From NCBI GenBank assembly GCA_051942205.1, contig JAVECO010000163.1, positions 1 to 53,232 on the forward strand: a stretch of 53,232 nt of DNA, written 5' to 3'. Numbering within the stretch: position 1 is the stretch's first letter; every line of letters starts with the position of its first letter. Made by a program: the position numbers and the translations under genes. This document shows, one piece after another, positions 38,135 to 50,140 of the stretch. Origin of the DNA: Coniocarpon cinnabarinum (lineage: Eukaryota). The notes beneath the pieces were generated by a model, which ran no database searches, had not been told where the DNA came from, and saw only the letters and a list, made by a program, of their open reading frames with translations.

Positions 38135-40378
38135 ATGTCGGCCCTCTCTGACGGCGTCGACTGGGAGTTCGACGAGGCGCTCAAATACATTGCTGCTACC
38201 TCTCCCCGCAACGTCAACCATAAATCTGCGTCCACTACCCTTGCAGCGTCCTCTTTGAAGACCAAAGAGTCAGATTCGAACGGCAAAGAGCATGTCGCCG
38301 TGCCTAACAACTCTACGGACCCGATTGGCGAAGACGCACCGGATTCTACAGGTCTCGGCAATATATGGAGGATTTTCGACTCCATCAATCTACCTCAAGA
38401 AGGCAAAGTTCCTGCCTTACCTCAAGATGTGAGACAAGAGAAGCCGGAGCCTACAGGCGAGGCACTCAATGCTTTCGGCAGCGGCGCCCAAAACGACGCC
38501 CGGGGGTACCGGAGCGATGGAGCCCTGACCAACCTGATTAAGCATCGGGTTGTTGAGTCAGAGGATCCTGGGCACTTAACTTCCGTACAGCAGTCAACGC
38601 AAGCCCTCGAGAATACGCTCACTGCGCGGCAGCTCAAACGGCGCCGTCATAAAGAGAACCAGCGCATAAAAGCGCAGCGGAAAGCGAAGCAAACGAGCCC
38701 TAAAGCTTCCGACGCCTCTCAAGCCAATAGGGAGCAACCAAGGGATACGGCGCGCGTTGCGAGTCCACAGAAAGGGACCAGTGCTTCTCAGCTCAATGGC
38801 GAGCCGAAGCCGAAGCCGGTGACCAACAAGACCGTTGAAGATGGGGGAACGAGGCCTCCTCCACCTAGTCTTGTCCCCAATTCGATACTGAAGCCCATTG
38901 GCGATTATCACCTTGCCATTGGGCACGACAGTCGTTACAAACAAGAAACAGAACATGCGATTGTCTCTCCAGCAAGTCCCGAGCTCGCTCCAAAAGCTGC
39001 TGGGAAACCCGGAGCATACCAAGCTCCTACCTCGACCCCTATGGCTAAGCACCTGGGGAGCGCCGGCGTGGATAATGAGAAGTCAGCACCTCTGACTGCG
39101 ACAGCGGATGACACGAAAAGCCAGCAACCGTTGGCTCTCCGTACACCAAATAAGTGGGCAGATGCAGCTGCTCAGTACCATTTGGATATGCAACCTACAC
39201 GAACGCTGGTCGCCCGTAATGCAAAATCTTCTCAGCCGGGGCAAGCTGGAGATCACAAAAAGTCACGGAATCTAGAGAGCTTTCCCGTTGCCGATCCATT
39301 CTCTGCATTACAGTCGAGCTCGTCGAAAAAACCTGACGATATTCCATTAAGGACAGGTCTCAAGGACGGGAAAAGGGATGGCTTTGAGTCAAAGATGCCC
39401 ACCCTAGGACAGGTCATCGACAGCGCGAAGAGAACCGCACTGGCGTTTAAACCAGAACAATCATCCGTCGAAGCAGCCACTGCAAAGAGTGCATCGAAGT
39501 CGCGACGAGCAAAGATCTATCATGAGATACGGCCTTTGGAAGAAGTGGAGACCGTTGATCTCTATTGGAAGCTGCTGCTGAAACTTATGCAGCGATTTCC
39601 GGAAGACAAGGTTACGTTGCTAAATCCAAGCGCTTTGATCATGGATAGCCAGAACGACACAGGTTTGCACATCTTCATTGATGCGAGCAACATACTCATT
39701 GGGTTCCACGAACAGCTAAAGCGAACCCGGAACATACCAGAGTCCAGCCGGGTACCAGTCGTGCACCCGTCTTTTGCATCCCTCGCCCTGCTCCTAGAAA
39801 GACGACGAGCCGTGACAAAACGGGTGCTAGTAGGTAGCTCGCCCCACGTTGAGGTCTACACCCAGGCAAAGACTTGTGGCTATGAACTCAACATACTTGA
39901 CAAGGTCTGGAAGGCTCGTGAGCTAACGGAGAGGCAAAAATTCTTCGCCCTGCGCGACGCCGCACGCGCAAACGGGAATTCAGGCAGTGACGAGGCCAGC
40001 AGCGGCGCTGCTGCGGGGAGTTCGGGCAATGCGGTAGCTCAGCCTAGACCGAAGTGGGTTGAACAGGGCGTGGACGAAGTCCTGAACAATAAGATGGGCG
40101 AAAGCCTTGCTGACACCCCCGATCCACCACAGAACGCAACAAAGCGTCCGACCGCCGTTCTCGCCACCGGCGACGCTCAACAGGCGGAATACTCCTCTGG
40201 CTTTGGCGCTTGGGCACGACGTATGCTCAAGCATGGGTGGAACGTGGAAGTCGCCGCGTGGTCGTCCAGCATTAGTAAAGAATACTATGCGATGCAGAAG
40301 GAGCCAGGCTGGAAAGGTCGCTTCCAAGTCATCAAGCTCGACGACTTTGCGGAGGAACTGTTCCACCTCGAGGAGTGA
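38135..40378 (+). CDS. PIN/NYN (LabA/DUF88-like) domain protein, putative ribonuclease, 747 aa, intronless
   Basis: C-terminal motifs LHIFIDASNI, VLVGS, EQGVDEVL, VLATGD and GWNVEVAAW follow a ~470-aa low-complexity N-terminus. Confidence 0.8.
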   Translation: MSALSDGVDWEFDEALKYIAATSPRNVNHKSASTTLAASSLKTKESDSNGKEHVAVPNNSTDPIGEDAPDSTGLGNIWRIFDSINLPQEGKVPALPQDVRQEKPEPTGEALNAFGSGAQNDARGYRSDGALTNLIKHRVVESEDPGHLTSVQQSTQALENTLTARQLKRRRHKENQRIKAQRKAKQTSPKASDASQANREQPRDTARVASPQKGTSASQLNGEPKPKPVTNKTVEDGGTRPPPPSLVPNSILKPIGDYHLAIGHDSRYKQETEHAIVSPASPELAPKAAGKPGAYQAPTSTPMAKHLGSAGVDNEKSAPLTATADDTKSQQPLALRTPNKWADAAAQYHLDMQPTRTLVARNAKSSQPGQAGDHKKSRNLESFPVADPFSALQSSSSKKPDDIPLRTGLKDGKRDGFESKMPTLGQVIDSAKRTALAFKPEQSSVEAATAKSASKSRRAKIYHEIRPLEEVETVDLYWKLLLKLMQRFPEDKVTLLNPSALIMDSQNDTGLHIFIDASNILIGFHEQLKRTRNIPESSRVPVVHPSFASLALLLERRRAVTKRVLVGSSPHVEVYTQAKTCGYELNILDKVWKARELTERQKFFALRDAARANGNSGSDEASSGAAAGSSGNAVAQPRPKWVEQGVDEVLNNKMGESLADTPDPPQNATKRPTAVLATGDAQQAEYSSGFGAWARRMLKHGWNVEVAAWSSSISKEYYAMQKEPGWKGRFQVIKLDDFAEELFHLEE

Positions 40379-41386
40379 TATCTCTTCTGCACTGCTGCTG
40401 ATGGAGGTCTGCATCTCTGCGACGGTGTATGTGTTGACATCGCATTACTCCTGCAATGGGCGAATTTGCCTGATCCTGGAACTGGACAAATTTGGTAACC
40501 AAGCTCCATCCAGATTGGAGCAATCTTGGATTTTCCGCATGTACAGCCTCAGGCTTAGATCAGACGTACGTGGAATATATGTGCCGGAGGCAATTGAAGA
40601 CCTGAGTATATCCGCTTGCAACCGACTTTTACCATTCCAATCACGGCAAGCTGACTCGTGTAGCCTGTAAACCTTGACGGAAGCACGTGCGAATCACATG
40701 TGTGTCTCCTTTCGCCAAGAACATGCTTCCTTCATGTGAGTTTTCTGTCAATGGCTACATCCCCTGGTACCTTGACCGTCCTTGACCAGTGTTCTCAGCA
40801 ATGTGAGATTTTCTTATCGTCCACAGCATCTGAGAAAAAATACATCACTGTATAGCCTGTTAAGGTTCACATGTTGCCTGTGACTAGGGTCTTGGCGAGA
40901 TGTCATCTTCACATGCTTCTATCGCGCGAGTCAAAATCACATGTGAATGCCATTCGCTCATGTTTCTTGTTGAGGTTCTAAGCATCCTGCTATCTCGACC
41001 CTTCCGCTCCCTATCTTTCTTCTTCTCACTCATCTTTTTTGATTGTTGAATCTGCCTGCCCGCTTTTGAGCGTTCTTGAGATTCGTATAGAGCTCGTTGC
41101 GCAAACCACTTCGTGGATAGCGCATGGAAGAGCAGCCTTTGTGAGTATGCCAACCCAGACTACCCCAAAAGTTGGAGATCGAGGCCTGCGTCAAGTTGCT
41201 ATGTACTGTGCTGACAACTCTGCAGCTACGACACCAAAGAAGTTCAGCCTGCTTAGTACGTTGCATGCCCAGTCCTCCCTCCACATCCATGATGCACACA
41301 CGTTACTGGTGTAAAAGTCTTGACCGCAATGTCTGTCCAGACGCACGAAGCTCACCCGACCGATGCACAGTAACGAAGATACCACC

Positions 41387-42257
41387 ATGTCATACCAAAA
41401 CGGCGCTGCCCACCCGGGCGACAAGCCTATCACCAACTCTGACAACAGTCCACACTCTCAGACACTTGATGTGAGTAATCATACTCCTAAGCTGCTTCAG
41501 CAGAGCGGAGGGACTTGCCTGCGGAGTAGAGCCGACACTGACCAGTGAGCAGCATGTCACTTCTTACCCACTCGTCTCAGACCTTCTCGACTTCTATAGC
41601 CACAACTCACTTGGCGCTAAGTCGATCGAGGCTTTCAACTCGCTGTACGCGGTAGGTCCTTTCCGTCTCCTGCGATAGCTCCTGTGATGTTTCGTCCGCT
41701 ACGCTGCCAAAAGATTTCTGCCTCTGAGTCTGCGTTCGGCGTCATGCTGCCTCTGGTACACGTCTCGACGATCGAGCCTTATTTTTTCCACACCACTGAC
41801 AACGCAGTCTATCGTCACACCTCTTCTCCCTTATCTGAAGACGCCCATCTCGATCGCATCGCCTTACCTTCACCGCGCCGACGAGCTTGGTGACAACGCC
41901 CTCAACTCTGTCGACTCCCATTTCCCCGCCGTCAAGTCGACCGACTACAACAAGCTTCGCAGTCAAACTCACGACGTTGCCGCGTACCCGTTGAAGATTG
42001 CACAAGATGGACGCGACTACATTGTGCGCGTATACCAAGATGAGCGCAAGAAGGTTGGCGGCGAGGGCGTCGTTGCTCTGGGGAAGACCGTCATCAGCGC
42101 TGAGCTACACGTCCTGGGAGATGCTGTGGAAGTCGGCCGCAGTCTCTTCGGTAAGCAACATCATTCTTGTGTCCAGAGCTGAAGATGAGAGACGATCTAA
42201 TGGCATACAGGCGAGGCAAAACAGGAGGCCAAAAAGATGAACGGCAAGGTTCAGTGA
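41387..42257 (+). CDS. CAP20/MPL1-like fungal perilipin (lipid droplet protein), 190 aa; exons 41387-41470, 41553-41651, 41808-42150, 42211-42257
   Basis: HVTSYPLVSD..GAKS, PYL.RADELGDNALNSVDSHFPAVK, GRDYIVRVY..E.KKVGG. Three canonical introns give a frame-consistent model that the ORF track largely misses. Confidence 0.8.
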
Positions 42258-43241
42258 GCAGCTCTCGTAGCGTAGATGCCCGCCGCATGCGCTCTCCAAA
42301 ATGAATGACGGATGGTGGCGTTGAACTGTGGGAGGTAATCTTTTTGAAACGTGGCGGACTGCATTGGTGCAGTCTGAAACCAGAAAGACTCCACACTCGT
42401 CACTGTTAGAATTGGAACACGCTCACACTGAGACGTTTATCTTGACTTCTCCCTGAAGTCTCTTTATCGCTTGAATTCACCTATACGGTGAGGATGCACC
42501 TTCTATTCTCGTCTCTCAACGTAACCTCATTGTGAAACAACCTCCTCCTTCTCCCGATCTCCTCCCACTCCATCTTTCTCTCATTCTTCATTTCTTCCCT
42601 AGCCAGATGACGTCCCCTAGAGAGGTAGTCGAGCCAGAGCATGTTTTCCGTCCCCGTGTCTAGATCTCACTAAAGAGCCTGGGAGCACCTTTATACTTCC
42701 CACATTTGTCGATGATAGGTCTGAGCTCAGGTATATACAGCGCACGACAAGCTCATTGGTATGCTTACAATTCAAATGTGCGTCCTTTAAACGCTCTTGA
42801 TCTACTATCGTCGGTGTCGCTGACAGGAACCCTGCATCAGTGCAGGGCAGTTCTCGGAGATAATTCCGCGACAATGTGCTGCTTCTCTTGCTGACAGCCA
42901 CAACATGTCACGTCTCAAATCCCTCGATCCGCTTTTCCAGCTTGCGGACAAGCAGTTCTTTTGCGTGCTAATGCACGTAAAACTTTTTCAAATACGCAAA
43001 TCGAAGAAGGTCTTGCTTTGGGCCACTCTGCTATGCAGGGTGATACGCCACCTCTCATATATTGGCCGCCGTGACACTACGCATTTCTAACTCTTTGCCT
43101 CGCCCGCTTTGGCTTTCTTACCTAAGTATTTCGTGGTTATCTGTTTGCGCAATCGGCTTTTGCTACGCTTTCCTGAATAGTTGAAAAAAAAAAAATAAGT
43201 GAGGTTTTGCCGGTGGGCTTAGGAATTGAATCAAGGCAAAA

Positions 43242-46152
43242 ATGTCTGATGTTGAAAGCCTCAGTACAGCTCAGGCATTTAGAGACTATCCATTCCTCCG
43301 TGCTTTTTGGGACGAAAGAGTTTCTGAACATTCTGCAATCATATCTCGCGCTCGCGAGTCACAACATCGGAGTGGCAGGTTACGCTATCCGAAGAAAGAC
43401 GTCTCTCTACCGACATTCAATCTATATCGTCGGGGGAGGGATTCAAGACTACGTACCTTTCGCAACCATCGCATCTCTACGAACAGGGACAGATCGACTT
43501 TCCAGCAAGTAAAGTACTTGATGAATGATCTTAACATAGTGGAAGCAGACAAGCGGCGGACTGTTAATTTTAAAATACGCGAAGAGCTTTTGGTACACAT
43601 TCTTCAGCTTCTCAACGATGCGGCAGTGGCTTCAGGCGAAGAGCAATCATGGATAGAAAGCGCACTAACGGTGACAAGCAATGGCAACAGAACATTTCTT
43701 GCAACCTGCGAGCACTATGTGTCTGAGACCTGGGGAGATGTCGGAGTCATGGTACTTAGCGGATATGTGGATGTCATTGCATCGATACGTACAAGTCCAT
43801 CTGCAGCTCCATTTGCTAAGGAATACTTCTCGGAGGATGTTAACCTGGCAATTTCTATGGACGTTTCGTCCGTTCAAGACGTTGCTTTGCTTGTGACAGG
43901 CACTCCAGACCGGCTTTGCAGAGTTGGCGAGCAGTGGAACTGGCTACTCTGCGCCTTCTCCAAGCCCCCGAACCCGCGAGGATTCTTCGATTTCTTTAGC
44001 GATACAACAGATGATCCTTTCGACTGGAGTATCACGATAAGAGTCAGAGAGGTACAAGACACTATTGAGACATTGAAGAGGGACTGTTGGCAAACTCTGT
44101 TCGAGAGCGCGTGCATAGCTCGCGGATTCCCCGTCCCCTCTCAATGCCACAGCTTCGCTGAGGCTGACTGGGGTATTGAAGTAAGTCCCATCGTGACTCC
44201 ATATCGAAGCAGCAACTAAAAGACGGTGTGAAGTTACATCGAAACGCGTGTGTACTGACCATTGTGATAGTTATCGTTTGACCTTCTTTTAAGGTTGGCA
44301 AATATCGAATATCCCATCAGTTTTGATGGTATGTTGGTGCTGAAGGGATCTCGCGTAGTAATACATCCGATTCAAGTCGACCGCTCAACTGACGATTCAA
44401 AGCGACTGGAAGTCGCATGGCATCTGCATTCAGGCACTTGGTCCACGTTCCTGGAAACTTACCAGCCCCATCGGTCCTGGAATGTTGACGCAGACTGGGA
44501 TAATGTGGCGAGCCACCGGCACTTTCTGGGGGTTTGTCCGGAGACAGAGCTTACTCTTGGCACAAATGCTGGGCGCTTTGGCCTCATAAAGAAATCAACA
44601 GCAGCGATAGAAGGGTCTCGTCTAGTCCTAAAGGGACTCACAACACAATTTGGAACTCCTGGTCAGAATTACTTCGTAAGTATAGTTATTCTCCACGTCA
44701 AGACACATCCCCCGGTCAGCAGCACCTCTGAGAGAGATGACAATGCCCAAGTGCAGAGGCTGTCTCCGGCTTACTGGCGGAAGTCGATGCTGACTTACGG
44801 CAGGGAGCTCAGCTCGGAATGCAGTGGGAACTTCACGGCGCTTTCAAGCTTCCCACTAACATTGATATAGAGGTACCTGTGGTTGATCTAGTAAGAAGAT
44901 TCGCATGCAGTACTATGATTCTTTACGACACAGCTACAACAATTGCGTGGCTGGTGCCTCAAATAACATTTCTATGGCATTTGCTGCTAGAATGGTGCAA
45001 CGAGAATGTAACGCCAAAGCCTGCAGATCTATACCTCGAGCCTTCTGATAACACGGAAACCGAAATCCTAAGAATGATGGAGTCATGTTGGTGCCGAGAG
45101 TTGCGCAAAGACTGGAATGCGAAAGTAGGTTAGCTTCTAAGGCGCGGAAACATCTATCGCCGGCCATCCTTCTTCCAATCGATCCTCCCCAATATTTCGT
45201 TCACGCCATGCGGAGCATTCGCATAAACTTGGACGCAGCTAACTTTTGATATTACAGCCAATCACCGTTGGTCGTCAGCTAGAGAATTTCATGAAATTAC
45301 TAGAACATCGCAAATGTACGCTTGAAGGCTGGCACAAAGAACGTGAAATTAGATCACCATCGACGTGGTTCAGGAAGGGATTGCCAGCTTTTGAGTATCA
45401 GGAAATACTCCAGCAGGAGATCACTTGTGAGAGAAAGAGAACAGATTTGCGCAGGGGTGGTAAGACCTGGCCTAGCGTCCTACGAGACATCAGCCGACTC
45501 GTTATTTGTGGGAGCGGGATTGGCGGTCTCATCAGGCCGTTGCCCGACATGCACAACAAATTTTGCGTTCAGTGTAGCAATGTGCCCTCGGACCGCGAAT
45601 GTCTAGTGGCGAAAGTCGAGAACCTGCCGCTGGAGAACTCCTTCGACCGGCCTCACCTGACTAAAGGACTTCCTGTGATTGATCCTTTTAGACTCTGTGG
45701 AGACGATTGTAAAGGTCAGATTACGGTATGCAGTGCCAAGCCTGTCCAGTTCACAGTTGTCGCCGCTGACATGCGCTGATTCCTAGCGTGTTCTGGAGAG
45801 TTTGCGCGAGACTGCTCAAACAATCCTCAAGCAGCACCCTCGTGGAGCTGTTTTATTTGGCAAACGTGAGGATTTTCGTTTGAAAACGCGCGAGCCAGGA
45901 CAGGGAAGTGCCGCTAGCAATGTGCGACTCAGGCGGAGCTACTCGGGGGAGCATCCTGTCAACAAGCCGCATAAAGCTGGTGATCAAGACGCGCACCGAT
46001 CGTCCAATGGCAGAGCTATGATGGGAGCAAACTCGTCTGCGCGCAAGCGTATAGACACGCTCACACACGCCTTTTCCCACTGGAACGATGTCTCCACAGG
46101 CAATAGACAATCATCTCGGGATGCTTGCAAGCAAAGCCCCTTACGAAATTAA
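43242..46152 (+). CDS. Uncharacterised fungal protein, 832 aa; exons 43242-44180, 44271-44675, 44804-45124, 45258-45725, 45787-46152
   Basis: Five ORF pieces join in frame through four phase-0 GT-AG introns. Motifs CWQTLF..IARGFP, FDG..VLKG, WH, RHFLG..LGT, ILYD..AWLVP..LWHL and C..VP...L resemble proteins often labelled 'Pfs domain' by association. No nucleoside phosphorylase domain is visible. Confidence 0.75.
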
Positions 46153-46229
46153 CCGCAACAGCCAAGCATATCGAAACCAGATTCTCAATTTTGTATAGTG
46201 GAGGCCAGACGCAAGTCTACCAAGCCACT

Positions 46230-47400
46230 ATATAGCGGACGATTCATGGCCAATACCTCATTGCACGACGAAGTAGATCATACTATTCTTCAGGACGTCT
46301 ATGGCACTAACGCGGTCTATGAATAGAAATTTCCGTAGCACGAAGGACATCTTCGAGATACTTGCCACAATTTCACTTGTGGTGGTGCACAACGAAAAGA
46401 CGAATCTAAACCTCAAGTGTTTAGCTGAGAGTGAGGACTGCGACATCCGTTCCTTCTCTAAACGAATCGTTCAGCCTTTTGCCAGACATTCCTCGAAGTA
46501 TGGTCTTAGAACTGAAGCGGTCGCGCAGGGTTCAATGACCCTCACAAAAGTTTGCTAAAGACTTCATGCAGTATCTCAACGTTTCAGGCCGAGAGACATC
46601 ATCAGCAACTATGATCCTGGTGTCAGCGCAGCAAAGTTGATACAGATCGGGGCTGGCACGACGCCTAGCTTTCGCGTTCTCGCCGTCATGATCAAGCAGA
46701 GAACTCACGTGTGTTGCATTTTCATGGGGCACGAAGGCGTGTGCAATCTGCGAACTGAAATGCTATCGCGATTCAAAGTCCCCATGTTCAAGGTCTAAGA
46801 TCACCAGAATCAGAACCTTTTCTGAATGTGACTTTCAGAGCCTGCTACACGGTCAATCATCTTCACCCAAAGACGTGATTCCTTCGCTGCGCGGGCATCG
46901 GCATTCGCACTTGTCGATTCACCGAGAGCATCAGCTGTGCTTCGAGACGTTGGCGTCTTTGTCTCTCTACCATTTTTACGGGTCGGTCACCAGGTAGTGC
47001 TCCTCAAACTCGCAGGTTTCGGTTGGTGCGCCGCTGTGCCTCTTGCCATAGCCGCCAGAGCGTCTTCGAAAAATACTCGCCGCACTATACCGCAGCGTCT
47101 CGTAAGCTGCATCAAGCTTTCAGCATTCCATTCATCGCTTCGTCATCCGAGCTATGCTCACCGTGAAAGCTCGTCGCTGAGACTGAGACGCGGCAACGAT
47201 CTTTGTTCTTGGCTTCTGCCCTGCAGTATCGCTTCTCACTTGACCTTTAAGCAAAGCAATCGCACGTGATATAACAATCATACATTCGACTCCACTTGAA
47301 GTGAGATCATTATTGTTTAGTAAACTTGGTTTTGTATTGTGCTCGGACTCCTCGCTCATAGCATGTATGGCCTGTCTAATGATACTCAGAAATCGGTAAC
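46230..47400 (-). pseudogene. Possible decayed gene relic
   Basis: Protein-like frames punctuated by stops (e.g. ...DVAVLTLS*TLEV*IRLFVVHHHK*NCGKYLEDVLRATE...) and scattered GTATGA/GTGAGC/GTGAGT donor-like sites. No homology recognised. Confidence 0.25.
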
Positions 47401-47551
47401 ACCTCGCCAACCGCTGAAGCCATGGCTTTTCTTCGAATCAAGGCAGTCCATGAAGCGATGTCCTCCCACCAAGGCTGGAGCACTACGAGCTTCTCGCTAC
47501 CTGCAACTGCTTCAAACTCATTACAGGACAAGCTCGAGACCGCCGTCGGGT

Positions 47552-47896
47552 TTACTTTTCTGGAAAACGCAGATGGAGTGACATGGCCTTGAGGCCGCTG
47601 TAGATGGTCTTGGAAACGGCTATTAAGATTGCTGTGGGAGCGGTGGGAGCTGAGCTGAGCGACACCAATGAGGTTGAATGTCTGTGGGATGTCCTTGAGA
47701 TATCATGGAAGCTTCGCCGAAGACATCGATAAAGACCTCGTCTGGAAACATTGTCTGGAAACATTGTCGAGACAATCGTACAAATCCACCTCCAGCATTT
47801 GAAGCATAAGTACAAGCCTAAGCACAAGTACAGCAAAGCCAAGTAAGCAAAGACAAGCACGAGCACAGCAAAGACAAGCAAGTCCATCAAGTCCAT
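47552..47896 (-). CDS. Hypothetical small protein (114 aa) with an N-terminal hydrophobic helix
   Basis: MDLMDLLVFAVLVLVFAYLALLYLCLGLYLCFKCWRW. The hydrophobic part lies on a low-complexity repeat. Confidence 0.3.
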   Translation of the reverse strand: MDLMDLLVFAVLVLVFAYLALLYLCLGLYLCFKCWRWICTIVSTMFPDNVSRRGLYRCLRRSFHDISRTSHRHSTSLVSLSSAPTAPTAILIAVSKTIYSGLKAMSLHLRFPEK

Positions 47897-48475
47897 TCTC
47901 GATCAAGACCGATCCTGCACTTCATAACAACGACGCCTGATCCCTTGCGACTTATACTGATCTCACTATAATCCCCTCATCTATTTCTCAAGCACGCGTA
48001 TTCATTTCGACAGATTGATATGATCCTATCCCTTCCAGCCCCCTCCGGCATCGATCTAGGTATATCTTAGACTATTCCGAGCATTCGTAACGGTGACAGC
48101 GGTGAGGAAAATAATGTTCTCGTTTCGTGCGTGATGTTTTACTTCACTGATCTCATTTTGCCTCGTTGTTTATGTTTACACAAATGGCATAGTCATATCC
48201 AACTATCTGTCGTATTCTACCTCAGTCGCAGTCCTACTCTTTAGCATCGTACCAGTCATCGACTAGATCTGGATCCGTCCTGGACGAATGTCCCACTACC
48301 TCCGCTTTCTAATCTTCGTCAAAGCGCCCTCATCTCATCTTACTTTCGACGCCACGGATCGTCCCTGCTCCGTCTCTATCCCGTCCACGACGTCCCACTC
48401 TCAGTCCTCTTCTCCATCCCTCTTCTCGACCACTCCATCCTTTTGCCTTCCCAATGATTCACCACATCTCCCCAC

Positions 48476-50128
48476 TCAAAGCACATACACAAACTCCGGA
48501 TTCTCCCTGTCCGTCAAGTCCAAAAACTCCTGATTCTCCAACCGCGTATACCCCGGCGCGTTGCGAACCTTGCTCTTCTTCCGATTCTGCCACCGGCAGT
48601 ACGTATAGATACATGCGAGATCCAGCAGGCAAAAGCTCCAACACGCTATAATCGTAATCTCAGCTGGTACATATCTCGGTGCGTCTTTCGGTCTGAACGT
48701 TTGCGGCCCAATGATATTACCGGTGCAATAGGCTATCAGATACAGTGCCGCTACTGTTGTTTTCTTGGTGTAGCCCGCTACATTTGTGGAGATTAATGAG
48801 AGCAAGGCGACGAAGGGCGTTGCTGACGCTTGGGTGAAGTAGTACCCAGCTAATCGGCCGTTGGAGTTATGTAAAGGCAACGCGACGATGAGGATCACCC
48901 CCATGAGGGCCAAGCAGAGACTGAGGCTTGAGAAGAAGATGCGGTTGCCGTGGTAGTAGCTCACCCAGCCCCAGGCGACGATGGTCACGACTTCGACGGC
49001 GCCGCCGGGCGTGCCCCAGAGCAGGGAAGCCTCGTTCGAGTAGCCGAAGGAGACGATGAGCTGAGAGAAGAAGTTGGTGATGCCGCCGTTTGGAATGTCA
49101 GCGACCAGCGAGTACATGAAGAACATCCATGTCAGCGGATCGAGGAGGGCTTCCTTGAATTGATACGCCTTCCAGTGCTTGTTTCCGACGCCCTGCGTAT
49201 TCTGGCGGATGCGCTCAATCGCTAGCACCTTATCACGTTTGGTCTTAAGGAAGCGGGCATTGAGCTGGTTGTCCGGCACGAGGAACAGAAACGCGACGCC
49301 GACGACGACCGTCAAGAGGCCACAGACGAGGAAGACGATCTTCCAGGGTTCGATGGAGGAGCCGTGTTTCCGTGTGCCGACCGCGATGCCATAAGCAATC
49401 AGTCCACCCACGATTTGGGCCCAGCCGTTGAAGGAGAACCAGATCCCCGTCCTGAATCCCTGTTCGCGCTTGGTGTACCATTGACTGGTGATGAGGGCAA
49501 AGCCCGGCGTGACGGCCGCTTCGAACAGGCCCAGGAAAAAGCGGATAGCGACCGCGCCCGCGAAGTTATCAACAGCCGCAAAGCACGCAAGCGTGAGTCC
49601 CCACAGGATGATATTCAGCGAGCTGTACTTCCCGATGGGCAACTTCTGCAGCAGCACATTAGTGGGGTACTCCCAGCCGATGTAGCCAAAGTAGAAGAGA
49701 CTCCCGAGCCATTGGTAGTCGTCGCCCACGAGCTTGAGGTCCGATTTCATGCCCATGACGGAGGCGTAGCTGAGTGTCGTTTTGTCGAGGTAGTTGAGAC
49801 CGTACACGAGACAGAGGACGGGCATGATGGTGAGGTCGATCTTGCGGAGGAGGCGCTTGTTGGTTGCTTCGTCCAGGGTGAGGTCGCCCAGGTCCTCGCC
49901 GGCGAGAGCTTTGAGGGCGACGTCTCCGTCGTGGGAGTGTTCCAGGACCTTGTCGGGGACATGGCTGGGGCGACGGCCGGCGTCGCCTGTGGGAGAGGAA
50001 TCAGTGTCGTTGGTCGCGACCTTCTCGATGTCCGGTGAAGGCTGCTGCTTGCGATCTGTGGCGTTGGTGGCATCGTCATTGCGGCTGGAGGAGAACCACG
50101 CGCGTGGCTTCCAGCTAGTAGACGACAT
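48476..50128 (-). CDS. MFS transporter, allantoate permease (Dal5/ACS) family, 550 aa, intronless
   Basis: Motifs LLRKIDLTIMP, YLDKTTLSYAS, YQWLGSLFYFGY, RFFLGLFEAAVTPGF, WYTKREQGFRTGIWFSFNG, NVAGYTKK, GNIIGPQTF and FLDLTDRENPEFVY. Exact substrate is not determinable. Confidence 0.92.
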   Translation of the reverse strand: MSSTSWKPRAWFSSSRNDDATNATDRKQQPSPDIEKVATNDTDSSPTGDAGRRPSHVPDKVLEHSHDGDVALKALAGEDLGDLTLDEATNKRLLRKIDLTIMPVLCLVYGLNYLDKTTLSYASVMGMKSDLKLVGDDYQWLGSLFYFGYIGWEYPTNVLLQKLPIGKYSSLNIILWGLTLACFAAVDNFAGAVAIRFFLGLFEAAVTPGFALITSQWYTKREQGFRTGIWFSFNGWAQIVGGLIAYGIAVGTRKHGSSIEPWKIVFLVCGLLTVVVGVAFLFLVPDNQLNARFLKTKRDKVLAIERIRQNTQGVGNKHWKAYQFKEALLDPLTWMFFMYSLVADIPNGGITNFFSQLIVSFGYSNEASLLWGTPGGAVEVVTIVAWGWVSYYHGNRIFFSSLSLCLALMGVILIVALPLHNSNGRLAGYYFTQASATPFVALLSLISTNVAGYTKKTTVAALYLIAYCTGNIIGPQTFRPKDAPRYVPAEITIIACWSFCLLDLACIYTYCRWQNRKKSKVRNAPGYTRLENQEFLDLTDRENPEFVYVL

Positions 50129-50140
50129 TGCTGCCCGCGA

